DNA from: Eutreptiella sp. 'Long Island Sound 2002' | Lineage: Eukaryota > Protista > Euglenida | DNA length: 64,000 bases | NCBI GenBank assembly: GCA_964036045.1 | Contig: OZ038378.1 | Coordinates: forward strand, 183,024,001 to 183,088,000 | Direction: 5' to 3' | Shown here: positions 21,669-34,800 of the stretch, piece after piece | Layout of the letters: each line of letters opens with the position of its first letter | How positions within the stretch are numbered: position 1 is the stretch's first letter | Position numbers and translations under genes: made by a program | Notes under the pieces: generated by a model | Databases searched by the model: none | What the model was told of the DNA's origin: nothing | The model's input: the letters and a program-made list of their open reading frames with translations, nothing else

Positions 21669-22225
21669 ATGGTGTATGTTTGTATTGTTTGGCTTCCAGC
21701 TACAAAAATTGTTGCTAGCCCTATGGCCTCACCACACAACACAACAATGAGTTCTGCTTCGTTGCTCCACAATCTGGTCACTACTTCGGCCTCTTGCGCC
21801 CTGGTGGTGTATGCGCGCTTCGGTTTTGGCCCTAAGTAGGCACTGATTATCTGTGGTGTATGTTTGCATTGTTTGGCTTCCAGCTACAGAAATTGGTACT
21901 AGCCCTATGGCCTCACCACACCACACAACAATGAGTTCTGCTTCGTTGCTCCACAATCTGGTCACTACTTCGGCCTCTTGCGCCCTGGTGGTGTATGCGC
22001 GCTTCGGTTTTTGGCCCTAAGTAGGCACTGATCATCTGTGGTGTATGTTTGTATTGTTTGGCTTCCAGCTACAGAAATTGTTGCTAGCCCTATGGCCTCA
22101 CCACACCACACAACAATGAGTTCTGCTTCGTTGCTCCACAATCTGGTCACTACTTCGGCCTCTTGCGCCCTGGTGGTGTATGCGCGCTTCGGTTTTTGGC
22201 CCTAAGTAGGCACTGATCATCTGTG
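21669..22225. repeat. Three tandem copies of a 184-185-bp unit
   Basis: ctatggcctcacca recurs at 21721, 21905 and 22090; very high identity; unit length not a multiple of 3. Confidence 0.9.
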
Positions 22226-22562
22226 TTTTTTGTCATCAAGTGCTGATTTGTTTGTTTGCCTGGGGAGGGTGTGTGCAGTCCTAAAAGGTTTTGTTGACCT
22301 TTTGCCCTGTTGATCCTGAAAGGTTTTTTTCTGGTCGTTATGTTAACCTTTTGCACGGATCTGCTCTGAAATGTGGGTCATGTCTGGATCAGAAACCCTT
22401 GATCAGCATCATTGTATTTCAGTGTTCCAGAAATAGCACTGGGGTGAGTGCCCTGGGGTATAGCCTTGCGAGCGTGCGACAGTGTGTTCCCAAGAGTGTT
22501 TTTGCAGAACCTTGGGGCAACGTTGAGCATGGGTGACTAGGTGGTGAAGAATAAACTCATTT

Positions 22563-22645
22563 TGTACCAAAAAACCCCCCGGCACGTACCAAAAAAAATC
22601 CTGTTTGGTACCAAAAAAAAACCCTGATTGTACCAGAAAAATTCC
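22563..22645 (+). repeat. ~22-bp GTACCA+A-tract array
   Basis: gtacc at 22564, 22586, 22608 and 22630. Confidence 0.7.
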
Positions 22646-24082
22646 CTACTGACATTGCCGGAATTGGCCCCCGATAAAGCCAATATGCGCCAACAAAAAC
22701 ATCTTTTCCAAAAAACGACCTAGCTCCCCCGCATATGCTACATTTGCGGACCGTTGTGTACCAAAAAGACAACTTGGTTGCCCTTTTTTGCCCTCAAAAA
22801 AAAACCATACGATGGATTTTCTCGGGGAAGTATGACTACCTCTTTTCCCCTCTTTTATACATATAAAGTTTTGAAGTGACGGTATCCACGGCCTCCTGTG
22901 TTGAACATTTGTTGCACTGTTTTACAGGCATATTGTCGTAAAAAAAAGGGGGGGGGGTAAGCGCACCCGGCCTCTTTCTGGGCCACTTTTGATACGGAGC
23001 CCTAATCTACGCTTTTTGCATGACCCTTTTCCGGCTGGGGATATGGACTGGCCCTTTTCCAAATGCGGAGAGAGATTGGCTAATAGTTTGAATTATTTCA
23101 ACCATTGTCCCCATTTTCCGTTCTTTAGGACACATTTTCTGGACTCCATGCCCATCAGTTCTATTGGGAGCATATGGAGTGCTAACCTGTGGAATTGTAT
23201 GTATGTGTCGTTTGTTTACAAGGTAGTACCGTTGATATGTCGGGATACTTTATACAAAAGTAGTGTGCCGGGCATGCACTGGGCAAACAGCCCCCCCCAA
23301 AGGCGGGAAAGAGTCAAGGATAGGAGAGGGGGGCAAAGGAGGTGCATTGTGCAGAGTCCATGTCCCCCAATTAAAAGGGGAACCAATGTCAATACAAATA
23401 ATATTCTCGGCACACCAACCTATATATTGAAAAACAAAGAGCATCATGCACATGTCACTATCGTTGTTTGCCATTGACAACAAAAGGCGCCAACAGGCAC
23501 GTAACATAGGCAAGCCCGAAGTCAGAAATGAACCTTGTCTTGGTAACCCTGCGGCATCCCTGCGTGCACATCTTTCCATCCCCTCCTAGACCATTAGTGA
23601 AGCCGGTCCATCCCAAACTCTCTCCAAAACCTTTGTGTCCACGGGCTCCGTTAAATATGCCCCAATCCCCATCCTAGACCCCATACCCCAACCAGAGCCG
23701 TAAACCTACACCCAACCTTGTGAGACATCCCGAAACCAAATGGCAATTCACTCCCTGCACCAACCGCATATGAGCCACGTTCCCTTGCAACATGCCTACA
23801 AAGAGAAATGTGAAGCAAATTAGTAGGTGCACAATCATATGTAATTCCGTGACCTTCCGTCACCTCTCCTACCCCCATGCACCAAGATGCACTACAAGCA
23901 GATCTAGGCATACAATTGGGGGGGGGGGGGTTGAGGGTTCTTAAAATGCACGTCACATCCTGCCTAGGCTCCCACACCTCACTCACTTTCCAAAAACATC
24001 CAACAAAACCAAGCGGAATCTACTGAAAATTTTCATTTGGGTGCTTGAAACCTACTCGGTTGTGATCTAAAAATCCCTTAAT

Positions 24083-24305
24083 TGTACCAGAAAACGCACA
24101 CTGTACCGAAACGCCCCCCTCCAAAATTAAACAGAAAAGCTCCAAAAAAATGTACCAAGGAAATCTTCCGGAATGCACCAAAAAAAATACCAAAATGTAA
24201 TCAAAAACTCCACCAACTGTACCAACAAAGCTCCCAACATGTACCAAAAAGCCTTTCAAAATGCACCAAATAAAGCCCTATACAACCCCGCCAAATGTGC
24301 CAAAA
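24083..24305 (+). repeat. ~22-bp GTACCA+A-tract array (degenerate)
   Basis: g(t/c)acca at 24084, 24103, 24152, 24175, 24219, 24241 and 24263. Confidence 0.65.
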
Positions 24306-26670
24306 GCCCCTGAAGATTTTTTAAGTAGCTGTGCAAAGGTTTCTTGATAGCTTTTGGCTAGTTGGTTGTTTGTACCTTTTGCAAGAAAACGGGTATTTTG
24401 CAAAGTGGGTGTTCTTTTGCGCACGAGCTAACTAGGCCGTAGATTTTTTCGCAAAGAGAACTTGCTTGCTCGGTGTAGTCTTAGTGCCGCATTTTTGGAT
24501 GAATTAAGGACGGCTTAAAGGGTACCCCCCTTGAAGTGACAACTCTGGAGGACAAGTGTCTGCTTATTCACACAGCAACAGACAATTCAAGGAAGAAAAG
24601 TCATCCGGTATGATTGTGTAGCATGAGAGTCATTGCACACACATACATAGTGTTCAACTTTTGTTTTCACTTTCTCACCTGGGCCAATCAATGCAATCGT
24701 TGCCAATATCAAATTTATAAATGATCACCAAACAAACAAACAAAGACGGTGCCAAGCTAAATACACCAAAAAATGTCGCTTTAAGTGTGGGCCTCATCTG
24801 TCCTTCATATGCTTTGCTTTTGAACATATTGCTAGTAGTTGTGATATGCGATGTCCTAGTGTCCAGTCGACCAACCATCAGCTCGTCCTTTCAATTTCAT
24901 ATTTGCTGACAATTCTTGCTACACATTGAAACCACACCTATAGCGGGCGGTGTGGGCTCGTAGGTATTCCAGCGTGGCACAATCCTCCTTTTGGCATCTT
25001 TTCTGTATCATGGCACACAATGTCTTGAACACACCAAAAGGCCTTTGCACTTTTGCCCATATTTTGTAAAGAGTCGCAAAAAGGTGTGTGTACCTTGGCA
25101 TGGGGCCGTGCGAAGAAGCAAAACTTGCAAAGAGGGGTACACGCGAAAAACTAGATTGCAGTGTGTGGCGGTAATGTGTCATCCTCCGCCATGGTACTTC
25201 TGTGGAAGTCTAGCATTCATGAAAAATGCTTTCCGTAACGCTCGCCTTCAGATGAGACCAATAGCGGATTGTTGTACGACCTACGTTCCCTTTGCAAGAC
25301 CCACACATGAGACTCCATTGGCTATCTCCTTATGTCTATCGCAAAGAAAAAAAGCTGGAAGGGCGGCAACCCATCCTCAAACATTGGCACACCCCGTAGC
25401 GGCATCCTGCAACGAGCGATACTATGCAAAAAAAAGTGCGTCATGATACCCCGGTTCATGCTCGCACTAAAGATGCGCCGAATCAAAGGCGTGTTCATGC
25501 ATGCATACCATATTCTGACAAAGTGCTGACGAGTGCCGATGTGTTACAGCGACAGTGTGTCCTCCAACCGACAATCGGTAGTAGTCTTCTGGATTCCGGG
25601 CTTGTCATCCAATGGCCAGCCCGCCCTTCGCACCTTTGCGCCTTTGTGCCATTCACGCGCACCCACTTTCTGAGTCTCAATTCACATGGAGAATGACATG
25701 TTCCTTCAGCCGCCGGAGGTCTACGAATTCCCTTCTGTGGTGAGTTTTGAAAGGATCCCACACTTTTGCCTAGACAGTTACCTCCTTCATCGCATCTTTG
25801 CTGTCAACTCTACCAATAGCAACAAGTGTTGAACACCTGTGATGTTTCACGCATACTTTTGAGTGGTTGTGAGGAAGTCTTGGGCAACTCAAAGTAATGG
25901 CGATGACGGAACAAGTCAACACGCAGGTGTTTCGGAGTGGCATCTACACTCTCGTAGAGAAAGTGAAGTGTGAAACTTTTAAGAAAATAGGAACGGCAAA
26001 CACCAAAGAAGTTCTCAAGATTGACTGGGTCCAATCAATTAGTTTTAATGAGTTTGCAAAATAACTCGTTGCGCCGATTATTTTCATACTAGTGTGTGAT
26101 AATTGCCAATGGTTACTTTTTCCTATCAATTGGTAAAACTAGTTCCGAACCCTACCGGTGATGGACGCCACGACCAAGTTTGAAAGTGCCGCAAGTGTCC
26201 TACTTTCGCTCTGAAAGAAAATGGAATAAATTACAAAATAGCAAAGAAAGTTTGACAAACACTGCTCTCCGGCGCTCTTCGTTGCAAAGAACGCCAAACA
26301 AAGAAGTACATGGTTTTGGGTTAACCGGACCAAAAAGAACTACTCAAAGAACACGGAGGCAGGCTGCTATACATGATCGCTACTTGCGAAGATACATCCA
26401 AGCCCGGCTTGAAGTTCCACATGCACACCTTTCTCTGACAACTCGAAGTTCAAGTCATAGATCGCGCATCTTAGTTGCTTGCATATGTGACACGCAGTGG
26501 CAAGGTATTCCGCTTGCATGTCATACCGCTTAGTGTGCACAACACGCCTGTCCCTTTTGAAGAGATGGTCAACAGCATCATAACCCAAGTGACCAAAAGG
26601 CTTGAGGTGCAAGAAATGGTGAACAAAGACAAAGCAGTTTTCAAAGCTCAAATGGACAAACATGCTCCGT

Positions 26671-26796
26671 CGACCATTGTTTGGTCATAAATCCCTATCC
26701 TTTGGCCGTAAATACCTATTGTTTGGCCATAGGTACCTATCATTTGGCCATACCTCCCTATCGTTTGGACACAAATACCTATTGTTTGGGCTAAGG
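26671..26796 (+). repeat. 21-bp minisatellite x6 (consensus TACCTATCGTTTGGCCATAGG)
   Basis: Six contiguous 21-mers, read directly. Confidence 0.85.
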
Positions 26797-27316
26797 TTCG
26801 GAATCAATTTTGCCCATTCATCGATTAATCGATTAATTGCCCATAATCGGCTTCAAAAAGCAAGTAATCGCATCTAATCTATTGTTTTTGAAAAGCGTTC
26901 GAAATAAATTTGCCCGAATTTCTTGAAAAGTTGAACGCTAAAGCTTTGGAAATCGTTAAATGAAAGTAAAATCTACCTATTTGTCACTTCGACACCTGTT
27001 GCGATTCGATTTCTTTGTTGAGATCTAAAGCTGAAAATCAACCCGCAGCAGAAGCTGAGTGGATAGAGAAGTGGTTTCTATTATAAAAGATTACTCGAAT
27101 GAGAGCTTCTAACTTTTCAGAAAATTTGAGAAACCGTCTGAACAAACGTCTAAAAATTGCTCAAGCGACAACTGCATGATTTCTACCGAACACAATCGAA
27201 TTGAATCAGTTACTCTGGAATAGATAATTGGCATCATCGATTATTTTAAAAAAAAAATCGATAGAAATCGGTTACTATGTAAAAAATCCGATTTCAAACC
27301 CTAATTTGGGCATAGA

Positions 27317-27484
27317 TACTTGTTGCTCGGACATTGGTATGAATCGCTTCGGAATAGGCACCTATCATTTAACCAAGGGTCCCTGTTGTCTGGCCACACA
27401 TACCCATCATTTGGGCGTACGTAGCTATCGCTTGCGCATAGGTACCTGTCGTTTGAGCCTAGGTACCTGTCGTTTGGGCCCTAT
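27317..27484 (+). repeat. 21-bp minisatellite x8, same consensus as 26671-26796
   Basis: Eight contiguous 21-mers, for example tacctgtcgtttgagcctagg. Confidence 0.8.
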
Positions 27485-29545
27485 GGGTAAACAATAAGTA
27501 CTGCCACCCACTGTTTGGCAAAAGCAACACCCTTGCTAGAGCAATAGTAGGAGTTGTTTCAGCATCTTTTTTTGGAAAACCCAGAAATGTCAGGAGTATT
27601 ACATGCCTGATTTATGATTGGGTTCTAAACAATCAATGCATTGTTTGTAACCTTGATCATTCCCAATATCTGCAGCCACTCTGTCTGTTGTAAACTGGTC
27701 TCTTGGTTTCGCTGCATGCACAAATGTCCTCTTGCACACTTGTTTGCATGCTTGGGTTTGCCTGGTGTTCCAGGTGTGTACCGTGCCCCTGCTCTGGCAC
27801 ACATGTGCATACTTGGTTGCGTGTGGTGCTCGGGGGTGTGCACTGGTCCCTGCCGTGCGCTACACTGTTCACCCTTCCTGTCCACCACCGTCCACCACAC
27901 AATCTTGCTTATCCCCACTCCCCCATCCTGGTGTCCCAAAAGTGCATGTTCCTTTAACTATGCATGCCTCCAAACCACCAGCAAGGCTCAGCAAAACATC
28001 TTTCTTTTGTTCAAATGTGCAGCCACAAGCTCAAAGCTGTCATTGTGGAACACCCCATTTCAAAAAAATTTGTTCCGGAGTCTGCTAATGCGGGGTTCAA
28101 AATTCAACAAGAAAAGACACCAGAAATTTTGCAGCATTCTGAAACTCAACAAATCCCTTACATTCCTTGTTCATCAAAAGCATACACAGCTGGAGTAGGC
28201 AATGAATGAGTACCTCAACCATGCATAACAAAGGGCCACAACTGCTAATGCGATATGATCCTATATTTCTGAACCCTGCAGGTTCTGCAAACACCAAACA
28301 GATAGCACATCCTCTATGTTGACTGATTCAGTCATAGAGCATGCCTCAGCTGCCCACAGAGACGCCATGTTTGACACATGATCCACAATCCAGAAAAGAA
28401 TGACAACACCTTCCATGACACATCTGCCCACAGTTGCCCATCATACACCAATCTGAGGTCAAATGCATTAACGTCTGCTGTTGGAGCTTGCACTCCAATT
28501 AGTTCGGTAGCCTTGAGCACCTGTATGCATATTCTGCATGTCATTGGCTGAGTGCCGCAATAAAATATGATCAACTGACCAGGCAGCTGATAGAAAGAGT
28601 GCGCAGAAACTTCAAAGATTAGACTGTCCCACCGACAGAGTCAAGCACGTGCTATCAAAAAAATTCCTTGCTTTTCAACAGTAATACCCATTGAGAAGCA
28701 AGGCTGCAGAAGCACACTGTGATAGGGAAATTGCAAGTTGCAAGCACCCCGCTAGTCAGACGAGACGATACGATGAATGTCAAACAAAACCGAAATGCTT
28801 GTGCCTGTGGGTTCCATGACGGGTCATTCCGAACAATTTGAAAAACACTGCAATAGACACTGTCACCTGGTGTATGTCATTATCATAAGAGTACTGCAAA
28901 CACAAGAGAGATGATTACCTACATCTGGTGCTGGGGAAGTGCACGTTAGCCTACCATAAAGTACACTACAACAATTGAATTTCTTTTGCATCTGCACTTG
29001 TATATGTGCATTTGTTTTACTAACTTGAGTTGATTGATGATTTGCAACAACCTCTTTCCTTGCTGCAGCAGGCACAGGATGCAGATTCTGATGGTGCAGA
29101 TTGAAAGGATTCACCTGCTGCTCCTATGACTAGATTGCAGTGCTGAGTAGAAGAACCCCGGATTGCACCGTGGGTCCACAGTGATGCATGGCTGTGGTTC
29201 TGTACCTGATCCGCTGCACATGTGACTCAGCAAAGATTCTTTACTAACATATGAGGCGCAATGCCTAATTTGTCTCCGCAGGTTGTAGTGGTTTTAGTCA
29301 GGAGCATGGACAGAAGGGCGCTTGCAGCTGCTACCATCAATGATGGTAGTGCGGTAGTAGTTTCGCATGGCATTGACTCAGATGGTTTGAGCAACAAATG
29401 GGAGAGTGCTGGGACCGTCCCCTGCAAACGCACCGTGTTTCGTAACCTTTGCCCAGACCCGATACCTTCGTTGTTGAGAAGAATCACAGCAAAATTTGCC
29501 CCATGTGTACCGTGCCGTGTACTCCATAAACACGCATGCACACCA

Positions 29546-29570
29546 ACACACACACACACACACACACACA
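29546..29570 (+). repeat. (CA)n microsatellite
   Basis: Read directly. Confidence 0.9.
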
Positions 29571-31831
29571 TACTTCACTGGTGTTTTCCGTTCCAAACGT
29601 TATCTCAGCGTGCGCGCCACAGTCGGTATGCGTAAAATGGTGTGAAACAAAGGAGGTAGATGCATCGACTGGCCTCCAGTGAAAGCACTGCCTTATGTGT
29701 GTGCATGTGGCAGGTCAAACGGGGCAGCGCAAACGGACACAGTACCCCTGGACTGCTATGCAGCGTATCCCGACCTCCAGTGATCCTTGAGAGCGAAATA
29801 AAATTACTGCCGGTGCTAGTACAAACCCCCCACTGTGTTCCCTTGCCAACAGATGATGGTTATATAAAGGTTATACCACGATTAGAAAGAACCATGGGCA
29901 GCAGTCCTACGCTGCTGTCTCCTTCGCGGGGACTGAGATGGCCCTGGGAGATGTTCGGTGCTGATCAGAGCATGTTGGACCGCCCATCTTTTGCACCATG
30001 ACGAAGCCCAACAACCGGTGTCCTATGAAACCGTCCACTTCCAAAAAAAGAACAGGGAAAGAGCAAGATGGTGGCAGTTCAAAAAAAAGAGCCCCGACTG
30101 TGGCGGAACGAGCCAGCCCTCTGGATAGATAAATGGGGGGAGGAGAAAGAGGATGTCACAGGGACGAATCAGGATGGGCCTAACGGGAATGGGGGTTATG
30201 TTGACACGATACACTCCCAAACGGAGACACATTTCCAAACACGGACTATATCGGCTGCTGTCGGGTGCACTGGAAGGGGAATGAGGTGGTGTTTTCAAAT
30301 GAGATTTCACATCCCACTGGTAAGCCCGGGCAAACATGGAAGGGGCCGCACCATCCAGGGGTCTGGCTGGCGGAAAGGGGCAGCAGGGGTGTGGAGAGAG
30401 TGGGCTTGCGGGAAAAACCAAAATGGACTGACATCAGGAATCCTCATGTTGTTAGCGTCATAGCGTAACTGATGGCCCAGCACCTTCAAACCAACGGGTG
30501 ATGGTCAAAAGATACGACAGGCAACACTGTAATCTTCTGTGACCTCCCCACCGCATCGGGGTGCAGTGTGGGCATAAGGCATCACATCTTTGCATCCCGT
30601 CCGCCAGCACCTTCCCGACAAACAACTCAGCAACACAAAGCACATGGCGATGCATGTGGCACAGCCTGGCGGCCCTCCTGCACAGCGATTCCCCTGGCAT
30701 ATGGCTGGCCACAAGCGCTGCGGGGCGGGCTCCTTGGCCATGAATCCCGTTGCCATCAATACGGTCCAGGGCGCCAACGTGCGGTCGCCGTCTTCACGAA
30801 AGAGAAAGCACTCCCAAAACGCATTTTTTTTCAAGCCTCAGCAAAAACGGCCCTCCGTGGCCCCTACCCCGCCGCCCACGTCAAAAAGGAAGGCACACGA
30901 GAACACGAATGCATCTCGGATCAGACAGAGCCCCGAAACAAATAACAAACGCCCGCCCGGGTCTCAACCAGACGTCCCAGTCGTGGGCCAAAATAAGAGC
31001 AACAACAACCCATTCCACCGAAATTACACCGCACCGTACCGTCTTGTTGACCGAAGGGACGCTGTCAGCAGCAACAACACTGTGGTCTTCCGGGATTTGG
31101 CTTCGTGGCAGGAGATGCCAGGGCCCAGGCATACAGCTTCCGGCTCGGCACAGGGCCCATGAACGCCCTTGGGAAAGGCCACAAGGAGGCCACTGTGACC
31201 AGGCAGCGACAACCTGCACGCCATGCCAGAGTTGTCTTACTACGGGGGGGGGGGGGAGACCTAATTAGATTGAATGAGATTGATTGAAAAACAGACAGAC
31301 AGTGCTGCAAAAAATGCAAACTTGAGGCAATTACTACGGGGGGGGGGGGGGGGCTGCTGCACTTGTCCCTTGAACACTTGTCCGTCAACCAGTGAGTCCT
31401 CAAAGTTACCTGCCAAATCCTCTGCGTATACTATCAACCGCCGTCAGTTCAATCTGAACCACCCGTCGGTGAACCCACAACTGCCGCCAGCGGAACGCCT
31501 GCAATAAAACACGGAAAAAAAACTGCACAACAGTCAAACACCGCCCCCTCAGAGACCAGTCGGAATGCATTCTCAAGACAACTCTCACCGGCCCCCCCGG
31601 CGCCTACGACGTGAGCGAGAGCTTGGTCAGACGGCCGCCGCCCACACCCACCCTCCTGCCACCGGATGAGAGACACAACTCTGTGTGCGGGCCGGCGCAA
31701 CCGCGTACCCTCACAGGGTTGCCACCGCATGGATGGGGTCCGTCTGCCATGCAGCCCCCTTCATGGGCGAGAGGACCCGATTCCAGAACATCGACATATG
31801 GAAAGGAGTGAGGGAGGGAGGGAGGGGGGGA

Positions 31832-34800
31832 TTATGCGATGCCGGCCGGGACGAGCGCGGCCTCCTTCTCCTGCACGATTCTGCCGTCAGGGCTCTTCAC
31901 CACAATTTTGCCCTCTTCGCTGACATCAACAGTGACAGTGTCTCCGGGCTTGATGTCGGCCCGCAAGATGCATTCCGCCAGTGCGTCCTCCAGCAGAGTG
32001 TGGATGGCACGGCGCAGTGGCCGCGCGCCGTACGTGGGGTTCCAGCCCTGCGAAGAGAGGACGATGCAGAGCGGCGCACGCACGGAGGTCAACGTGGGTC
32101 GGGTCGTGGGTGGCCGTGGACCGGAAATTGGGGCGACTCGTGCGCGCCAAAGGCAGCAGAGACAAACGCGGTGTCGGGATGTGTTGAGGATTGAAATGAG
32201 AGGTTGGCCAACATCGAGAAAAGATGGTCTAAGGTGTTTGGGGGATGGTACAGTGCGATGCAACGGGAGTTGTGCTTTGAAGGGCGATGGGCGTTGTAAA
32301 GCGGGTTGACGCGCAGGTGCATCTTGAAGAAGAGAATTTGTATGGAATGACAAACACGGCACACAGGCCGAGGGGGTCACCGGTTCGGTGATAAGCGTTT
32401 GAGCTGTAACGAGTAACGACACGCACACAGACCAGCCCACAGACCCCTCAGGTACAGTGAACCGTAGAGAAACCCCGTTGAACACTGCATCGTTTGCGTC
32501 CAGGTCGCACAGAGGATACCGATCTGCTGGGAAGTGTATGGCCTGAATTCGATTCAGAAGAAAAAACGGGAAGAAAAAACAATGGAAATGGTTCGACGTG
32601 CCCGAGGTCCCCGCTCCACATTTGACCGGACAAGAATGGGAGGCCGGGGCCAGCGTGTAATGGCAACTGCAGACAGTAGTGCTGCCTTCTTCAGGCGTCG
32701 TCCGATTTGGCATCCAAGATCCTCCCATAAAGGAGCGGAGCGGCAGGCAAATGAGGCGCAGCAGCACTGCACCGTCCCGCGCGTGATTTGCAGGGCGCCA
32801 ATGGTTTGCCGGCGCATCCAATGCGTGCAGCGAGTTCATTTTGCAGGTGATAGAGGGAACCGAGAAAGAATGCGGTAGAAAAAAGCCAAACACGAACGCA
32901 TCATCAATGGCAAACTTTGTCAATTGAGTCAATGAGGACGGGCAAAAGCAAAGAACTTCAGAAGCCCGTTTGTGCGCCCTGGTGGAAATTTTCTGAGAAA
33001 AATGATGCGACTTGCCTCGACTTTGAAACTTATTAATGCTCCTGCAATCCGACAAATGTTTCAGCGGAGACACCTCTGAGGCACCACTGCTGTTGATCAG
33101 CTTTGATAATTCCCTAGCAGCCCGTTTAGGATTGGGGCTGCTGACCAATCGGCGCACCCAACAGAAGCAGGTGCTGACACGATTGATCAGTTACACATCC
33201 CAACATCTTGTGGAACTTTTTTTTTGTTTTTTTTTGGTACAGCATGTCTGTGTTTGGACACGCACTTGGGAGAGGCGTATCACTGCGCCGATCTAAGATA
33301 CCGGGATGTGCCTGGTCTGTGCCTGGCCTGCCTCTGCTTGACCCGTCCCCTTTCGCCCCGACTAAGATTTCAGAGTCTTAAAGCCGTTAGACGACTTAGC
33401 TACTGGATTTTCCAGCTGCACTTAGCCCACGTAACTTATTGCATCCATAATTTTTAAAAACCCTCTGCATTTTCACAGTGGACACACGCATACCGTCTCC
33501 AACAGCTTGTCCTTGAACTTTTCGGTCACCTGGAGGTGGATCCCCTTTTCACTCAAGCGTGCGGAGACCTCCTTCAACATAATCTCGGCCACTTGCATCA
33601 CCTCCGGTTTGTTCAATTGACGGAAGATAACAATCTCGTCCAGCCTGCGGAGTGTGCAAAACCGGGGTGACAACCGCAGAAGGCCCCCCCAGACACGTTG
33701 GTCCATTGCGATCAGGAGCCCCTAAACATGGGTTCACATCCCAGTTCGATACTGTTCCGAAAGACCACACCGCAGCTACCGAACAGCTCACAAATGGACG
33801 GCTGGATGCCCACCTGTTCAAGAACTCAGGCTTGAATGTCATCTTCATGGCATCCTGTACAGAGGACTTAATGGCCTTGTAGGACTGGTCGACTTCATCG
33901 CCCGCCTGCACATTGCACACATGAGGTCCATCAGGGTGTCTGGAGTATCATGCGCTACAGTTCTGGGGTGTTCAGAGCGTTACACGTCTGATGACTGTGC
34001 GCTGTGCACATCGGAGGGAAAAATGTTCAGCGACCCTTAAAAAGGGGAGACAGTGAGTGCGGCCCTCTTCTGTGTGTCTGGATTGTCCAAGTGTCCCGGA
34101 TATTTCGCGGCTTGGACCCTTCGATCTCTTGGAGAAATACCCGACCTTCCAAGCAGCCCGTTCGCTACTGCCCCGTACCCAGGTCTGCGATTTCCTTTAG
34201 CACAGCCACGCACATCGAGACATGAGTGATCACCATGCAGCAATCGCGTTCATGCGTCCCGTTTGCTCGCAAGCACCATGAACCATCAGGGGATACATAA
34301 GAAATAAGAAAGAGTCGATGGCCGAGAGAAGGGGGCGATTCACGCCAGAGTACCGCGGCACCACCAGGGCAGTCCCACAGAAATTGGGGTTCGTGCAGGA
34401 CATGGCCCGTAGGACGGGGGCCATTGGTTTGACTGGTCAGGAGACGAGCATGCCTCTGGGAGCGCTTACTGCGCGGCGCAGGGTGGGGGTAATTGGCTTT
34501 AGGGCAATTCGCACCGCATCAATTTCCTCAGTTTTGGGTGAAGGAAGTAGGAAGGAAGACACGACGATGCATGACTGAGCCCCAAAGGAGCCCAGATGCA
34601 TATGTCCAGTTCACCATGAGTGAGCCGCGGGTACAACCGGGTACAAACTCCCCTGTTCCACGACAATCACCCAAATTGCGCGCCGCAGGCTCAACACCCC
34701 CTCCAGTGTGCGGGTTTTGCATGCCGTGAGGCGATGAGCGGCAGCATCCTACCGAACCATGCACATCGCTACACACCGAGAAACCAATCTTTCCACCGCC

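Noticed and set aside
26671-27484. CRISPR-like array
   Set aside because: The 21-mers are contiguous and degenerate with no unique spacers, there are no cas genes, and the context is eukaryotic.
31832-33157. 441-aa minus ORF
   Set aside because: Only 32047-31832 is ClpC (last exon); the rest is chance open intron sequence.
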